64,000 nucleotides of DNA, from the NCBI GenBank assembly GCA_002633005.1, contig NMRA01000134.1, positions 528,615 through 592,614 on the forward strand. Reading direction: 5' to 3'. The position numbers were made by a program, and so were the translations under genes. The notes under the pieces were generated by a model that was not told where the DNA came from, did no database searches, and was given only the letters and a program-made list of their open reading frames with translations. Below are positions 47,201 to 61,191 of this stretch, piece after piece (within the stretch, counting starts at the first letter, position 1; the number at the start of each line of letters is the position of its first letter). Source of the DNA: Phoronis australis (lineage: Eukaryota; Animalia; Phoronida).

Positions 47201-50200
47201 AGCTAAACCCATTACCATGATATATGGTAGCTGTTAATAAGCAAAGTGTTATTACCCATCAAATGCATAATGGTTACTCAACTCATTACTTGAAATGCTA
47301 CAACAGTAAATTCATAAGTTCACAAAACACACAAAAACACCGTAAGTCTTCTATTTTAGGCACTGAATGACAAGTCCCTGGATGATACCATAACGGTAAA
47401 TCTGATTAACAAGTAACAATTTAATTCTCATTTTTATGTAGAAGACAACAAAAAAATCAATGAAAATGAAATAGCATTCGTCAGTTGTTCTAAAGGGCTG
47501 AAACGCTTGAAACACGGAGAACCAACCAATGGTTGACCCACTTTTAATTTCCATCTATTATGTAACCTCTAAGACTTCTGGGTGAGAGAGTACCTATATC
47601 TGAGTGAACTCTATATAGCACAGGTTACCATGGAGATAAAAACCAGCAGGAAAAACTTACACTGTTCGAATCCCCACTGAGAAAAGTTCACTGACCGCTA
47701 TATGCATTACGCAACTCAAATGTTTATTCATAAGTGTTAATCCTAGAAGGGGGTGTCAAATTTCCACATGTCCAAGACCAGATAATGACAAGTTGTGCAG
47801 CATGTTAAGTAAACACAAGTCAGTTTAATTACATCTATTGAAGGGATTCAAACCTCATCTTCACATCCATTATAACCAGCATGGTACCATGCACAGCAGC
47901 GTGCTGCGTGACTGATATCCACAATAAGAACAGTGGAACAAAGAACATCAATTATGCAAGTTATACCTAGGCTTACAGCAGCCTTCTCTAGCATAGAGTT
48001 TTTCACTAGCGTAGAGCGCCATTCGTTTCATAATTCAATGAACATGAAACAACAATTGCCAACTAAGTGACACAACACTTGGCATATAGAATAATGATGA
48101 TACGCTCCGATGCACAATGTTTATGTGAACTTTTCACCTCCAGAATAAATGAAAACCACTACTTATTACACAACATGGAAAAAATCGATTTAGACATAGA
48201 AGATTCAAACGTCCCTAGAGAACAATAGGTTTCGCTGGACACTGGACTATACATTTAGCTGAATATTAAATGGCATTTGTAAATTACCATTCCCAAAAAA
48301 GAAATTTTTATCAGTTAATATTTAAAATTTCAAACTAATTATCTTGATACATGGTAAGTTCAGTAATTCTTCACACCTTTCGCACAAAAATATTGCCATT
48401 TTTCTATTCTGACAAAGTTCGATTAACTTGCTACAGACAAGCAAAGCTTTCAGTTGTCAAATGTTGTTTAATGAAACCTACACAGTACACACACCAAGCC
48501 AGCAATAGATTAAACTTCCTTTTAACTTAATTTCTAAGAAATTTCACAAAATATAATTCCACACGCCCGCCAAATAGATGAAGACTTTGCAGATTAAGGA
48601 CAAAGATACATACATATATACATAAGACTTACCCGTGGTATAAATTCTATTTCAGAATTTTAATTTGAACCCGATGCTCATTTGTTTTATCAACATGGCG
48701 GACAAGTGACATTCAATTTTTTTCCTTTCTTCAAAAAGCAACAAGTAGACAGCCACTGTGCCAGAGCTATCAGACTACCATATTAACGTATGGAACTTCT
48801 GAGCCCAAATATTTGTACTCGCCATTATTGTAACTGAAACTCTGTCAACCAGAAGGTAATAGCTCTAGATTGAAGTCATGACAATAACCTTCCGTAGCAC
48901 CTTACCACCACACGCACGTGACTCTGGCCTGCCCCTGCACATAATTCATATCTTACTATTCCTCTTTTAGATGCATGTTACAGTATTTAAGCTATAGAAA
49001 TGTAAACAAAAACAAATCAGGTGTCAATATATTGACAATATTTGTAAAGATACACTAAAATGTTATTGAACAGCACGGCACCATTTCTGCACATCAATAC
49101 GTCACCAAGCCTAAGCATACAACACCTCGCGAAAGTTTTTGACAGGAAGATTTCCAATCATTCGAGTTGCAAAATTTGAGCAGCGTGAACAAAAGAAGGG
49201 AGTTTCCACTTAGATTTCCCTAACCTTGTAGCTTCAATATGACTTAAATGGCATTCCTATGGCCGGTCAGTCCTAGAATTTTGTAGGCTATTTTTTCAAC
49301 ATGTATTTCTTCCCATTTCAATGTGTCTAGCTACTCCAATACATGTGTGGATAAGTTATGACCAATGGACATAAAACAGACCCCAGTTTCCTGCCACATC
49401 TCCGGGTCAAAGGTCAAACACACACATCACCCAAGCACAGTGTCTTCGCTCTATGTTTTATTCCCTGTTCTTCAGCGATAATGTGTGAGAGTACTTAGTT
49501 AACCCGCAGTGACCACCATTCAGCGATTTGTCAAAATGAAGACATTTTCAGAAATAGTGACAGGTGAATGTATTATATGTGTTCAACCTGTGCAACACAA
49601 ACCAGCATGGCCAATCAACCAAATGACGGTAACTGCAGCCTAGCTTAAGAGATAACTGCCTAGCTTCAAATGAGCCCTTATCATATTTAATACACAAATT
49701 TCTACTTCATCAAACTCATTGTAACAGTCAGTTTTACTTCAACCTACAATTTCCATGCTCTCCATATGCACACCCAGCCTAAAAAAGTGGGGGGGCTTGA
49801 ATTTTTGAGAATGTGGACCCTATACTAAGATTAACGGGCTATATTCAGCGCTGTGGATTGTGCATTTGTCATACGCTACATTCAGCGCTATGGATTGTGC
49901 ATTTGTCACAGGTTACATTCAGCGCTATGGATTGTGCATTTGTCACAGGCTACATTCAGCGCTATGGATTGTGCATTTGTCACAGGCTACATTCAGCGCT
50001 ATGGATTGTGCATTTGTCACAGGCTACATTCAGCCCTATGGATTGTGCATTTGTCACAGGCTACATTCAGCGCTATGGATTGTGCATTTGTCACAGGCTA
50101 CATTCAGCGCTATGGATTGTGCATTTGCCGAATTTAGCTAGTTCCTGCCTTTTTAGTAGACTTTTGTCTCGTGTTCTTTTTTTTCGGAGTTTTTGTTTCT

Positions 50201-53200
50201 CTGAGGCGGACCTTTTTGCCCACTTCGCAAAATGGTTCGTTGGACTAGTAGTTACCTTCCTAACATTGAAGCCTGAGCTTGAAAAACCTAGCTCTTTTGG
50301 TAACCATTGCTCTCCAAGGTAAAACAAGATTGCTTTTTAACAACATAATTTAAGTATGGTACGCCAAGTCTTGAAAAATCCTGAGGGAGCAAGAGGATAT
50401 GTAGAACCAAATGATTTGATACATATTACACTGTGCCCGATAATGGAAACAGCTGACGCTTGCGTTTGCTGCCACGAAATTCTGCAAGTGAAACGAATTC
50501 TTGGAGAAGCGCAGATGTGTCTCATGGGCTATCCTGATTTTGCACGGCATTTAGGTGTGCTTACGATGTGTTTTAGGGCTGAGAAAAAGAACTTGCGAAA
50601 ACATCCTACACCCAAAGGAACAAACAGAAGCCTCACGAACAAGTCGGTCATCAAACAGATTACATAAAACGTTATGTTCTCATGCTTTGAATTGTAATTA
50701 TTTATGTTTTCATGGCCAACTACAATTCTCCATCATCAAAAACTGATCAACAACTGATCCGACGAAATGCAGGCCACTCATAGACACGGAGAAGTTTCAC
50801 AGCCTCATTCTTGGTATTAACGCCGTAATTTTCATTCTTCACTACCGCGAGCCACTAAGCATTATGGGCTCTCGATGAAATCTAAAAAATGATATACCCA
50901 TTTTTCTCGCAGCTTCATAGTTAGCACAAGTGGGAACGATACACCACACCATAGTGGCACTCACTCTGTCGAAGAACCACAGACGTCGCTGCGTCGTTTG
51001 TCACCTTCCTCACAGGTTAACGCGACACCTCTCCATGAGGTAAGATCAATCGTATACGAGGTGACGTGGAGACAGACCGATTTAGACGGTAAAAAAGACT
51101 TATCAAATCGGGTGGCATTCTCCTTCAACAATTTACATTTATGGTGGAACTATTTTTTTAATTTTGACATTTTGTCATTTGGTCTTTGACAACAACAAAT
51201 GTTCAAAGCAACGTGTGGGTCACCACATTAGTGTTTAATAGAAGCACCTCTGGAAAAACAGTGAAATTTACATGGGTTGCTGCCAGTAATTAAATTAGTG
51301 ATTGAAATCCTTTTGAAAACAGATTGATTTCATTGCAAGATGTCAAGTTCAAGGGTTAATGGCTTAAATTATACTTCTCAGTTTACTAATATTCTTTTGC
51401 CAGTGTTCAAATAAATACTTTTTTTAAGGATTTTGAGTGAATTAAAATTTTAGAATTTTGGCCAATACAAAAAGTTACAATGCTAATTTTTTATTTAACA
51501 TCTTATGTTGATGCCCAACATGTCCTATGCGATAAAAACAAATAAGGGGTCACAAATGCTTTGAGGCATTTTTGCTCAAAAACATGAATGCGCAAATTGA
51601 TGGTTTCAAAAGGGCAACAATTTCAAGATTCTGAATTTCCATTGCATTTCACTAGATGGCAATTATGTTGTTGTTGAGGTTGTGAAATATGTTCAGGTGA
51701 TGTGAAAAAAATGTAATATTTCCTTAAGTATGACGTCATTGTGAAATTTGATAACTTCACGCAAAATCAACATTTTCACACTGAATAATCTGTTATTTAA
51801 AATGAAAAATATTTTTCAAATACTTTAAAATTTTTTCAATAAAAATAGGCAATTTGGAGAAATACGGGGAGACATTCTGTCACATCCAAGAAACAACATA
51901 ATTCATACAGGGCAATCCAACTTGTAACTAAACATAATTCTATTACATATTAATACAAATATTGTGAATAAACAGTATTTATCACAAAAAAGTTACTTTG
52001 TTACTGTACTTTCAAAGGTTAGAGAAGTGAACTACTGGTCAGTCCGATATGCCTCAAGTGATTATGAAATCAATTTGCATTATTCGTAAAGTATTAGGTG
52101 TCCTAGTCGGTAGATATCTTATTCACTTAGATCACATTTATAGTTCAATGGCTGTAACTGTCTTTCACATCCACACACGTCACCGCAATGGTGTAAGGCA
52201 GGTGAGCATTCTATGACTAACACATCAAAAATTCGCGAGTCATGGAAACTAATATTAGCAGATTTTATTTTTACCTGAAAACACAAATCTCCGTGGACAT
52301 GTTTCAATGTTAAGTAGTCCTCCCAGACCAAATTAGCTACGCACTAATGTATTTAAAGGAGGGCCTAGATGGAATAACAGTTTTGTTCCTGGTCCATTTC
52401 ACTGCACAGTACAATGACAATGTGAAAGTGATCACATAGTCCCAGTTTAGCTCATCATTGTGTTTTGGGTGGTGATATGGTTTGAGGAGGCACGAGTTTC
52501 ATGAAGCCAGACATTCAGCGTGACGCATGCACACAGTACAAGCCAAATGTATTCAGACAAAATGACCCAGAATTTCCCTGTGCTGGGCAGAAGCAGAACG
52601 CACTGTCAGAGTAGTCTTTCATCGTGACTTAGAATGAAGGGGAAGAAACAGGAAAGTTAACAAGAGGGTTATTAAATCCTTCTGTAATTAGAGCATTGCT
52701 GTTTTAACAGTTATTAACACTGATTTTTGAGGTTAACAGAAGTAGCCGCCACCATGGGAAACTTGCATTTTGACCAATTGCTTTTGCCTTGTGCTGTAAT
52801 TGTTACAGGAGAATAATAAGAGACATGTCTATCAATGGTAATTTGTATTTCAGTGGCAATAGTATTGACTATTCCCTTTGAACAGCATGGGCAAATCAAG
52901 GAGACAACTAACCAGTGAGAAGGGGCCACGGTTGACCAGCTTCACTTTATCCTCCGTCGAGATACAGTTGGAGTGGTGTGCTTGTGAGATCTGCAAGATG
53001 ACGTCATAGACGGCCAGCTGTCTGTTCTCGATGGCCGCCTGGTCCAGACTAGAGTCCGTCGTGCTGACACGCTGCTCATCCTGTGACCGCGACCTCTTGG
53101 GCACGCGCCCGTACCTGACTGCTAGAACAGGGAGAGGGCAAAGGACAAGACACTGAGCTAACAATGCTTGAAATGAGCAGAGGACAAGACTTAGTAGCAC

Positions 53201-56200
53201 TAATGTTAAGAATGTGGGATGAGAGTCAACAAGATGACATTGACTTGACACAATTTAAATAACAGGAAAGTGAGGACACCGAGCAGATAGTGTTTGGAAC
53301 AGCGACAAGGTAAAAGGAAGGATGAGATGTCCACGTTTAAAAGGAAGTACGACAAAAGATAATAACTGACTTTTTCTTATTTGGGTTGGTTTAAATTAAT
53401 AAATAAATAATTAACAGTTACATTAACAATCCATGCAAGACAGTATTAACCAATCAATAAGAATACTGGGGCTTTACAGGGCTTGGAATGATCAATGACA
53501 AAAAAGACGAAATTGTTCCAAGTGAATAATCAGTCCATAAATAAATACGCTTGTGTGATAGAAAAAAATTGGTATAACTGAAATAAACGTTTTTGCACTA
53601 ATAAAGTCAAAATAATGATAAAAGAGACGAAAAGAGGAAACTGGAAATCAAATACGAGGAAATTGAAACCATAAAGAGGAAATCTTCTTAAAAGAGAAAA
53701 ATTCCAACCCATGGCTTTACCAATAAATATTTCATTTCATCTGTAATTATAATCATTTCAAGAGAAATTGAATATTCCTGAGCAAATGATCAGCAGGTTT
53801 CATACAAGCACTTTGTTAAAAAGTAGCAATATTTTGACAAAAAGTAAGAATAATTAATAGCGCAGTAACTGTTGAGCCAAATGGTATATGTAACAGATTA
53901 AACATAAATGTTTACTAGGGGTGGAACAGAAAAGAAGGCCCATTATTTTGACACCTTATCGATTGGATCGTTGTGTTTGTCATAATTCGATTACTTTGAT
54001 CAAGGTGGATGTCATGCATGAAGGACAGTTTTAATGCACAGTACTAGCTGAATCTGAACTTAACATGGGTGAATGAAATGTTTACTAGTGAGATACAACA
54101 ACTACATATGCGAGTTTATTTCGAACGGTTTGCGAAAATATGCCCGTGAGTATATTCGGTTTCATTAGATTTTTTTGAAAGGCTGTTTTCCAAGGTCCTA
54201 TTTCAAGAAATTTCCAGTAGTACAACCATACCTAGCTAGTGTTTTGTGATGAAACAATAAATCTGCTTAATGCAGCTTACATGATTATAGCAGCTTAATT
54301 CACTGAAGACGAGCCATTTAAATTGAGGAAATGTATGACATTTTACAAGTTTTAAAGTAGAACTTGCAGGCTAATCCGTTATCTATGTGATTGCATGGCC
54401 AAATTAGATAGAAACACAACATATAGTGACAATGTAAATATGAAGTATGTTGAAAATTGCCAAATGATTTTTTAAGAACGAGTTAAGTGGCAAAAATGAT
54501 CCGCCGCAAATCACTGAACCGTGTTCAGTAAGTATCGTGTCATGGTGCGGGGAAACAACACTGCATGATGCAGGCCATGTGAGCCCTCAAGGTACGTCAT
54601 TAGTGGAAAGGTCACCTATTTGTTTTCACATTTACAACTTGTCAGTGAATACAACTGCACTTTGTTTAGTGCATATTATGCTAAAGTAGCATTTTGTTAT
54701 TTCCTGCCATACATTAGCATAATTATGAGCATGCAAATGCATATTTAATGGTCTTTGTGAAAAACATAAAGACAACAGAAACACTCGATCCCATTAACAG
54801 TGCATAGCATTATTTTTTGGACTTGTAATGAAGACATTTTGGCATTTTTGATCAAGAATTGAAAGAAATCCAACAAGACCAAAATGCTCCTTTAAATGAC
54901 AGCTTATATCTCGTAATAATTTCCAGTTATAGAGCACAACTATGGTGTCAGTAAAGAAAGTAAGAAAAATAAAGAAAGTAGGAATTTTCCTTTTACATCA
55001 TTTCTAAAAAGTACAAATCTACAGAGAGCGTAGGAAAAGTAGGAGCTGCCCAAACCCTGTATCCAGACACTGATCCAATACCTTTGTCTCTGTTCATATA
55101 CTGCTGAATGACACTAGAGCTGCCCAAACCCTGTACCCAGACACTGATCCAATACCTTTGTCTCTGTTCATATACTGCTGAATGACACAAAACATCCAGG
55201 ACATGAACTGTAAGTAGCTTTAAATAAGCAAATAAAAAGCAATAAAAAATTATAATTTCAAAACCACCCAACTATTACCAGCCAACTAGACTGAGGGTAA
55301 TAAATGCCTAATAAATGACTAATAAGTGACTATAAAGCAACTTACAGTCCCTGGACATTCCGACATCCAGACATTTCTTGAAGCGACAGTACTGACACCT
55401 ATTGCGGTTGAGCCGTATGACTAGACACTTGCCGTCCTTCAGGCAGCGGTACTCAATCTGTTTCTGTATGCTCCGTCGGAAGAAACCCTGCGTCACAACC
55501 ACAAAATGATTAAAACAAAAATTGCAGACTTTCGGAAACACGTTGTACCAGATAGACACAGGCAGCTCAGGTGGGCCTATTGTACTGATCACCTGGAACC
55601 ATTTTGTGTGTTATTAATACTATTGTAAAACTGAGCTGAGAAGCTAGAGACCTGGCTCAAGGGTCTAGCAATGTGCCCCAGTGTGACTCGAACCCATGAC
55701 CTTGAATAAAGGAAGCAGACATTTATCCCACCAGGCCACCCTGCCTCCTTGCTTACATTGTTTGTGTATGCTCTGCCCGAAAAGATGCTTTATTACTCTC
55801 ACTTCAGAACGCTCCCACCAACAGTAGGCCAAACAATGAAGATGCTCTTCACAACACAAACAATACCTCATTTCTACATCAACTTCAAAGTGACATTCTA
55901 CGGTAAGTACCCTCGAGGTCTCACTCTAGTTGTACTGTTATGTCAAACAGCATGCTTGGTTCAGGTACAGCAAAATCTCACCAACAACGGACAAAAATAA
56001 TTGCCAAAATTTGGAATTCTGCCATTTTTAAGGACTTCTAACGTTGCTATGAATGCTGACGTCTAAGCACATAAATTCTTCTTTTATTCAGCACACCATA
56101 TGTGGACAAGTCACAAAAACAAAGATTAAGAGACTTTGAAACCAGTTGGTAGCTCATTTGTACTGTGCAGATGCCACAAAAGAACATTTGGTCAAGTTTC

Positions 56201-59200
56201 CAATATTTGCAGCAAGGTACTTCACCTTGCCTCGACAGATCTTTCTGAAATTAATTATGCGGATAGACCTCATCAATCACAATCAGTATCATGTGAGTTG
56301 TTTCTAGCTAGACTCACCATTCTCAAGTTAATAGATTTACTGATCTGATGACCGTTTTTCTATGACCAAATCCTTGCTGCTCTTTTTTCGTATTCCATAA
56401 ACAAGATACAGGCTGTTCTCTTCATCAAACATACTTGAAACTTTCTCACAACATATATCTGATTAACAACTGGAGGCCAATTTTCTTTACTGAAATTGTA
56501 CTGTGGGCGGCCATTTTTCAAAAAATCGTTTGTAGAGCTCTAGCTGTGTGGTCCTTAATGGAATTTTCGGAAATTTGTATCTATATAGATCTCATCTACG
56601 GCTATCTGAGGTGTGAGTCCGTTTCTTGCCACGACTTACAGTTCTCAAGTTATTCGAGATTTTATGGTTTGATATCTGCTTTTTTATTAACCGATTCCTC
56701 AATGCACTATTGTTGGTTTACTGTACGTATATTATTGTCATGAATGTTGGGGTCATGGTGGGTGCTCTTGCTTTCGTAGTCGACCTCACTTCTCTAACTT
56801 TTTCGTTCGAACTCATTAAGTGTCACTTAGAGCGCTTCCATTTGGCAGGCACAGGTGCAAAAGGTGAGAAAATTTCTTTGTGTCTGTTGTGTGGGTTCAG
56901 GAGGCAGCGTCAGTTTTCTTGCTAGAGCTGTTCTATTTCTATGTGCTCCATTTGAGGAACATAAACGTTTTTCATGCGGAGATGGAGTCGCAAACAATCT
57001 ATAGACATATGTAACTTGAAGCAACATCACAACCTTCTGTTAGGATGTATGAATCCCCTTGCAGGTGTCATGGCTTTTCTAATAGCGCACTGCACCCTCT
57101 TTTGGCTTTAGCAGTTGACTTTGTGCTCTGACTGAATTTCCTTGCACTCATTTCAAAGCTCTTCAAATTTGATGAGACAGGTAATGTGCATAGCTCTGAC
57201 ATCCCATTGAGTATTGTGCAAAATGAATTTCGGTTTCATATGTTCAGAGTAAAAGAAAAAACACCAAAATGTAGGAAATGAGCTGACATGTTTCCAAACA
57301 TTCTTGGGGTAGACCCTAGAAAGGTCCCTTATGCATTTCCATGGTCTTTTAATTTTGGGAAGTAGGGTGTGCTACCTCACTACATAGCACACCTACAAAA
57401 TCTGCCCTTGTTCGTCACTTTGTTTCTCCAACTGTTTCTAAGCAACTTCCTTCCCTAACTACTGGGCTCAATGAGATAGTATCCAAGAGTTCAGTGACAT
57501 TTCACACGGACATTTATCTTGAATTGGTCTTTGTAACTGCCATTAACATCTGTATCTTTGCAACACCAACTGGTGCTTCCATGCATTTTGCAGCATCCTC
57601 AAATAACTGCAGTTCTAAAGCAAGACGAACATTGAAAAACGTGGAGCTTTATTCGCTACATGAAAAAAATGACAAAAAATCAACAGAAAAATTATCTGTT
57701 TCTACTAGAAAAGTTGTCTTTTGATATTCTACTAACCTAAATGTAAACTTGCCCAGACTGAAACTTCTTTACATAACTAAAACCCAAATACTTGTAACGA
57801 AAATTTGACGTTTTGTTTTCAGTTTTTGCTAGCTGGTGCCCATGCACGGGTTTAACGAGACAGTGAGCTTGAATGGCACATTGTCATAGCCTGCAACTTC
57901 CATCAGTTGGGAACTCCATGCAGGAAGAATGAATAATGGCCATTTCCAAAGGGCATGAATATAAATGATTGAAACAGATTACACAGAATGCAATTGATCG
58001 GCGAAAAATGCCATATATTATTGTACCTGTAAACATAAGATACTAACCTTCAAACATTCTAGCTTACAATGTGCCTGTAATGTCTGGTAATCACAATTTG
58101 CATTTGAGCCATTTGGCAAAATCGACTAAACAACATACAAAATACACCAATTTTGAACTATCAGTTACACTAGTAAATACCATCACTTTCATTACAGTAT
58201 TTTTCCAATATTTTTTCAAAAAATTTAATTCAAATCGAATGGTGGTGCGATACACCAAAAAACAACAAATCTGTTTTCCAGCAGTGTTCAACTAAAAACC
58301 TTTCACTCAGCTCCTCACGACGATGTTTTGTGTTCAACATGTCTGAAAACTCACCACCCAACCACGGCTCTGCAAATCTCGATATCTCGATACTTTTTTG
58401 CTGATCCACACTAATTTCCCTGATACACCGTGCTGAAGTCAGAGTGATGAAACAGCGAATTGCCCTTCTTGTTTATAAATGTTTTTTATGCCTCGGATTA
58501 GTCGCTTTCAAAATTCAACATCGACATTTTGATATGATTTCAAAAGCATGCTTGGCTAATAGTGCTAAAAACCCACCGAGAATGTGTTTCCTTACGACAT
58601 CCACGTTTGGCTTCAAGTTGCCAGAAAGAATTTTAAAGAATGAAAGAAATAATTTCAAGATTCAACTTAGGCCGACTAAAGAATAGAATCTTATCTCTGA
58701 TCCCACCCACCATTGCAGTGGTTGGCAGGTCTGCATTTCACAGTCTGTTAAACATGTTGTACTTCTACAGTTTTGGTTTTTTGACAAAACAGGAGGTAGA
58801 AGTGCCAAACAACCGCATAATTTTTTCTCTAGTCTTGTAAATTAGCTGTAACTTCCCTTGGTCAATAGCTACTCTTAATTGACAGGTATGTACACAGATG
58901 AACAACCAAGTAACTTCAACAACATGGTAGAAACATTAGGACTTTTAATGAGTGACCGATGACAAAAAAGGAAAATTTTCCAGATAATGTATGGTTCTAC
59001 AAATAAAGACTGATGTGATGGAAATATTTTTCTTTTCCAAAATGTATCTGCAAGAAAAGTTTTTGCATGAAAAAGTCGAAATAATAAAAAAGAGATGACA
59101 AGGCAACAAGAAATTACAAGCCTCGAAATATGTTGTGAAAATGCAGTGGGACCATGTGAAGTATATATAGCATGATTGCACCTGGTACAGAAAAAAGCAG

Positions 59201-59439
59201 GCAATGGACTTTGTCAATTCAGTAAGTTCACACTCTGGGGTGTACCTACAAATCTTCATTAGTCAGCAACAAATTTAAAGGCACCCCCATGAGTGATTTC
59301 TGCAGGAGCCCCATACCATAGCTCACCTTACAACCCTCGCAGGATGTCACCCCATAGTGGTACCCCGATGCTTTGTCACCACACACTTTACATGGCACGA
59401 ATGACTGTTTGCTGCTGTTAGAGTCTGCTACCTGGACCT
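41280..59439 (-). CDS. E78: Nuclear receptor E78 (ecdysone-induced protein 78C / NR1E-like), DNA- and ligand-binding domains; ~400 aa if the candidate first exon is included
   Basis: Exons 59439-59327, 55487-55346, 53121-52913, 44929-44797, 44091-43928, 43286-43181, 41554-41280 have consistent phases. The [84 protein letters not shown] is nearly identical to Drosophila E78. LBD signature [24 protein letters not shown]. Confidence 0.92.
43315..43656. repeat. 17-bp minisatellite, ~20 copies
   Basis: (GCCATGGATACAGTGAT)n; it explains the 17-aa periodic ORFs. Confidence 0.95.
45040..45372. repeat. Degenerate (TACTG)n-like low-complexity repeat
   Basis: Dense tactg/tgtac/tgctg pentamers. Confidence 0.7.
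49834..50128. repeat. 37-bp minisatellite, ~8 copies
   Basis: (ACAGGCTACATTCAGCGCTATGGATTGTGCATTTGTC)n; it explains the 37-aa periodic ORFs. Confidence 0.96.
50130..51124. mobile_element. Decayed Kolobok-like DNA transposon with coding remnants
   Basis: The right end GGTGGCATTCTCCT|TCAA and the preceding ~260 bp are shared with 19345-19597. Plus strand has [16 protein letters not shown]...CLMGYPDF (P2X7-ballast/KolX-like). Minus strand has a THAP-tail-like LPKELGF...PTNHF...KRSASEK. Confidence 0.55.
55043..55188. repeat. 74-bp direct duplication
   Basis: gagctgcccaaaccctgta.ccagacactgatccaatacctttgtctctgttcatatactgctgaatgacac occurs twice in tandem. Confidence 0.9.
55670..55744 (-). mobile_element. 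tRNA-derived SINE head
   Basis: Minus strand gcagggTGGCCTGGTGGgataa...atgGGTTCGAGTCacactgggg, with A and B boxes. Confidence 0.6.
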
Positions 59440-61081
59440 CTGCAATAATAAGAAGCAGATTAACATGGAGATGAACATAGACTAGCACTGTTTAAATCCT
59501 TTTGTGGACACAGCTTGTATTCTGAAGTGAGGGAAGTGTAAGGCACTAGTCTTCTGCAAACTACACTGCTAAAGGATTTCTTTGAAAGTTTGCACCATGA
59601 TTTCAGACATGACTCAGTGAAGCTTACTATACTTCAATGGAAGCAATAGAGCTTAAATTATGTCTTTGAAACCTGAGAACACAGATCCTTAAGACTTGTT
59701 GCAAGTCTTCTAAGCAATTCACCTACACGAATCTTGTAACCTGAAGCTGCACAATAAAATAAAATAAAATGTCCAGAAATTATCCAATTGTCAAGTTTAT
59801 ACCCACCTTGTGACAAGCTTCAATTGAGATGACATCTATTAACCTATATCCAAACTCCCAAGATGGTTCATATTTCTATTGCTTATGATTATTCATTTTC
59901 AAATACCGTACTGATTGGGGTTTAAACCCAGGCCTAGCAAGGGCTTATATTTTTTAAGAAGTCTGGGAAGAGCATTTATATGAGCAGCTGAACAACTGAC
60001 TTAAGTCAACAGGCAGACTGAAGCAATAGGCAAACACAGACAGTGCAATTCTTGTCAGTCATGTATGGGTTTTGGAAGGTGAAGTCCTATGCAGACAATG
60101 TTCACAGGGACATGGGCTCAAATTCCCGAATAAACAAGGTGGGCGTGGAACCAAGCAAGGACATCTAAAACTAAAAATACTCTTAATATGATGGTGGACA
60201 CTTAATGTGTGCGTTAACCTGTGCAGGTATATAACATGACAGGCAATGAAGTATTATGATGAAGATATGTAGCACCCAATTATAAGTCTGATAAGGCTTG
60301 GCACTTCATAAAAGTTAGCTGCCACCATAACATTGTCATGCGTGGTGAATTTTGTCTGTAAGGTCCCACACTTGAAAGCAAAGCTGCTGATATGTTACAC
60401 CAAACCTGGACAAATAGGACAGCACAGCTGTCATCTCAGAAGTTCATAACACAATAGATAATTGTCTAGCACACATATCCCAGGTGATAACAAATTCTGC
60501 ACCAGTAAATTTATTAAATGCAAGATCGCTTCCTCAAAAAACCTTTTCACTTTTCACAGAACTGAATTCCAGCCTAAAACTGCACTTTAAATATCCAAAA
60601 ATCTCCAACAGGTCTTAGGGATGAGTTATTAGCACTAATGACTAGGCATGAGTTAGCACCACTATTCACTAGAGATGTCCCGCCAACTTGTGACGTGGCA
60701 CTACAGTTTCTCCAATTTAGAGCATAACATGATAAAAACCAAATTTTATTGAACCAAAATTCCTCATCATAATTAAATGGGACAAAGAATTCACTTGAGT
60801 GATTAACGAGAGCGCTCGGAGGAGCGACACTTGGCGGAACTAATCGAAAAGACGACGATGAGGGAGACGACGACAATCAAGACGATCACGGCGGCAATTA
60901 TGAGTAAGACGATAATACGATAACATTCATGTGACTAGCGAAGAAATCAAATAGAGAGCAGACAATCAACTACAATAAAGAACAATAGATAGCCCAGCAT
61001 GACGGACGAGTCATGTCTGTTCCCACATTCTAAAATAGGTGGCGCTATGTGACGGTCTGCAAAGCAAAGTTATGTTTACAA

Positions 61082-61191
61082 NNNNNNNNNNNNNNNNNNN
61101 NNNNNNNNNNNNNNNNNNNNNNNNNNNNNNNNNNNNNNNNNNNNNNNNNNNNNNNNNNNNNNNNNNNNNNNNNNNNNNNNNNNNNNNNNNN
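61082..61191. other. Assembly gap (N run)
   Basis: 110 consecutive Ns. Confidence 1.

Noticed and set aside
49813-50141. 37-bp array as a CRISPR, and its Cys/His-rich ORFs as proteins
   Set aside because: There are no spacers. ORFs are open in all three frames with 37-aa periodicity, which is a repeat artefact.
56480-57300. Possible decayed transposase or other repeat in the E78 intron
   Set aside because: Composition is repeat-like, but no termini or protein motif could be confidently identified.
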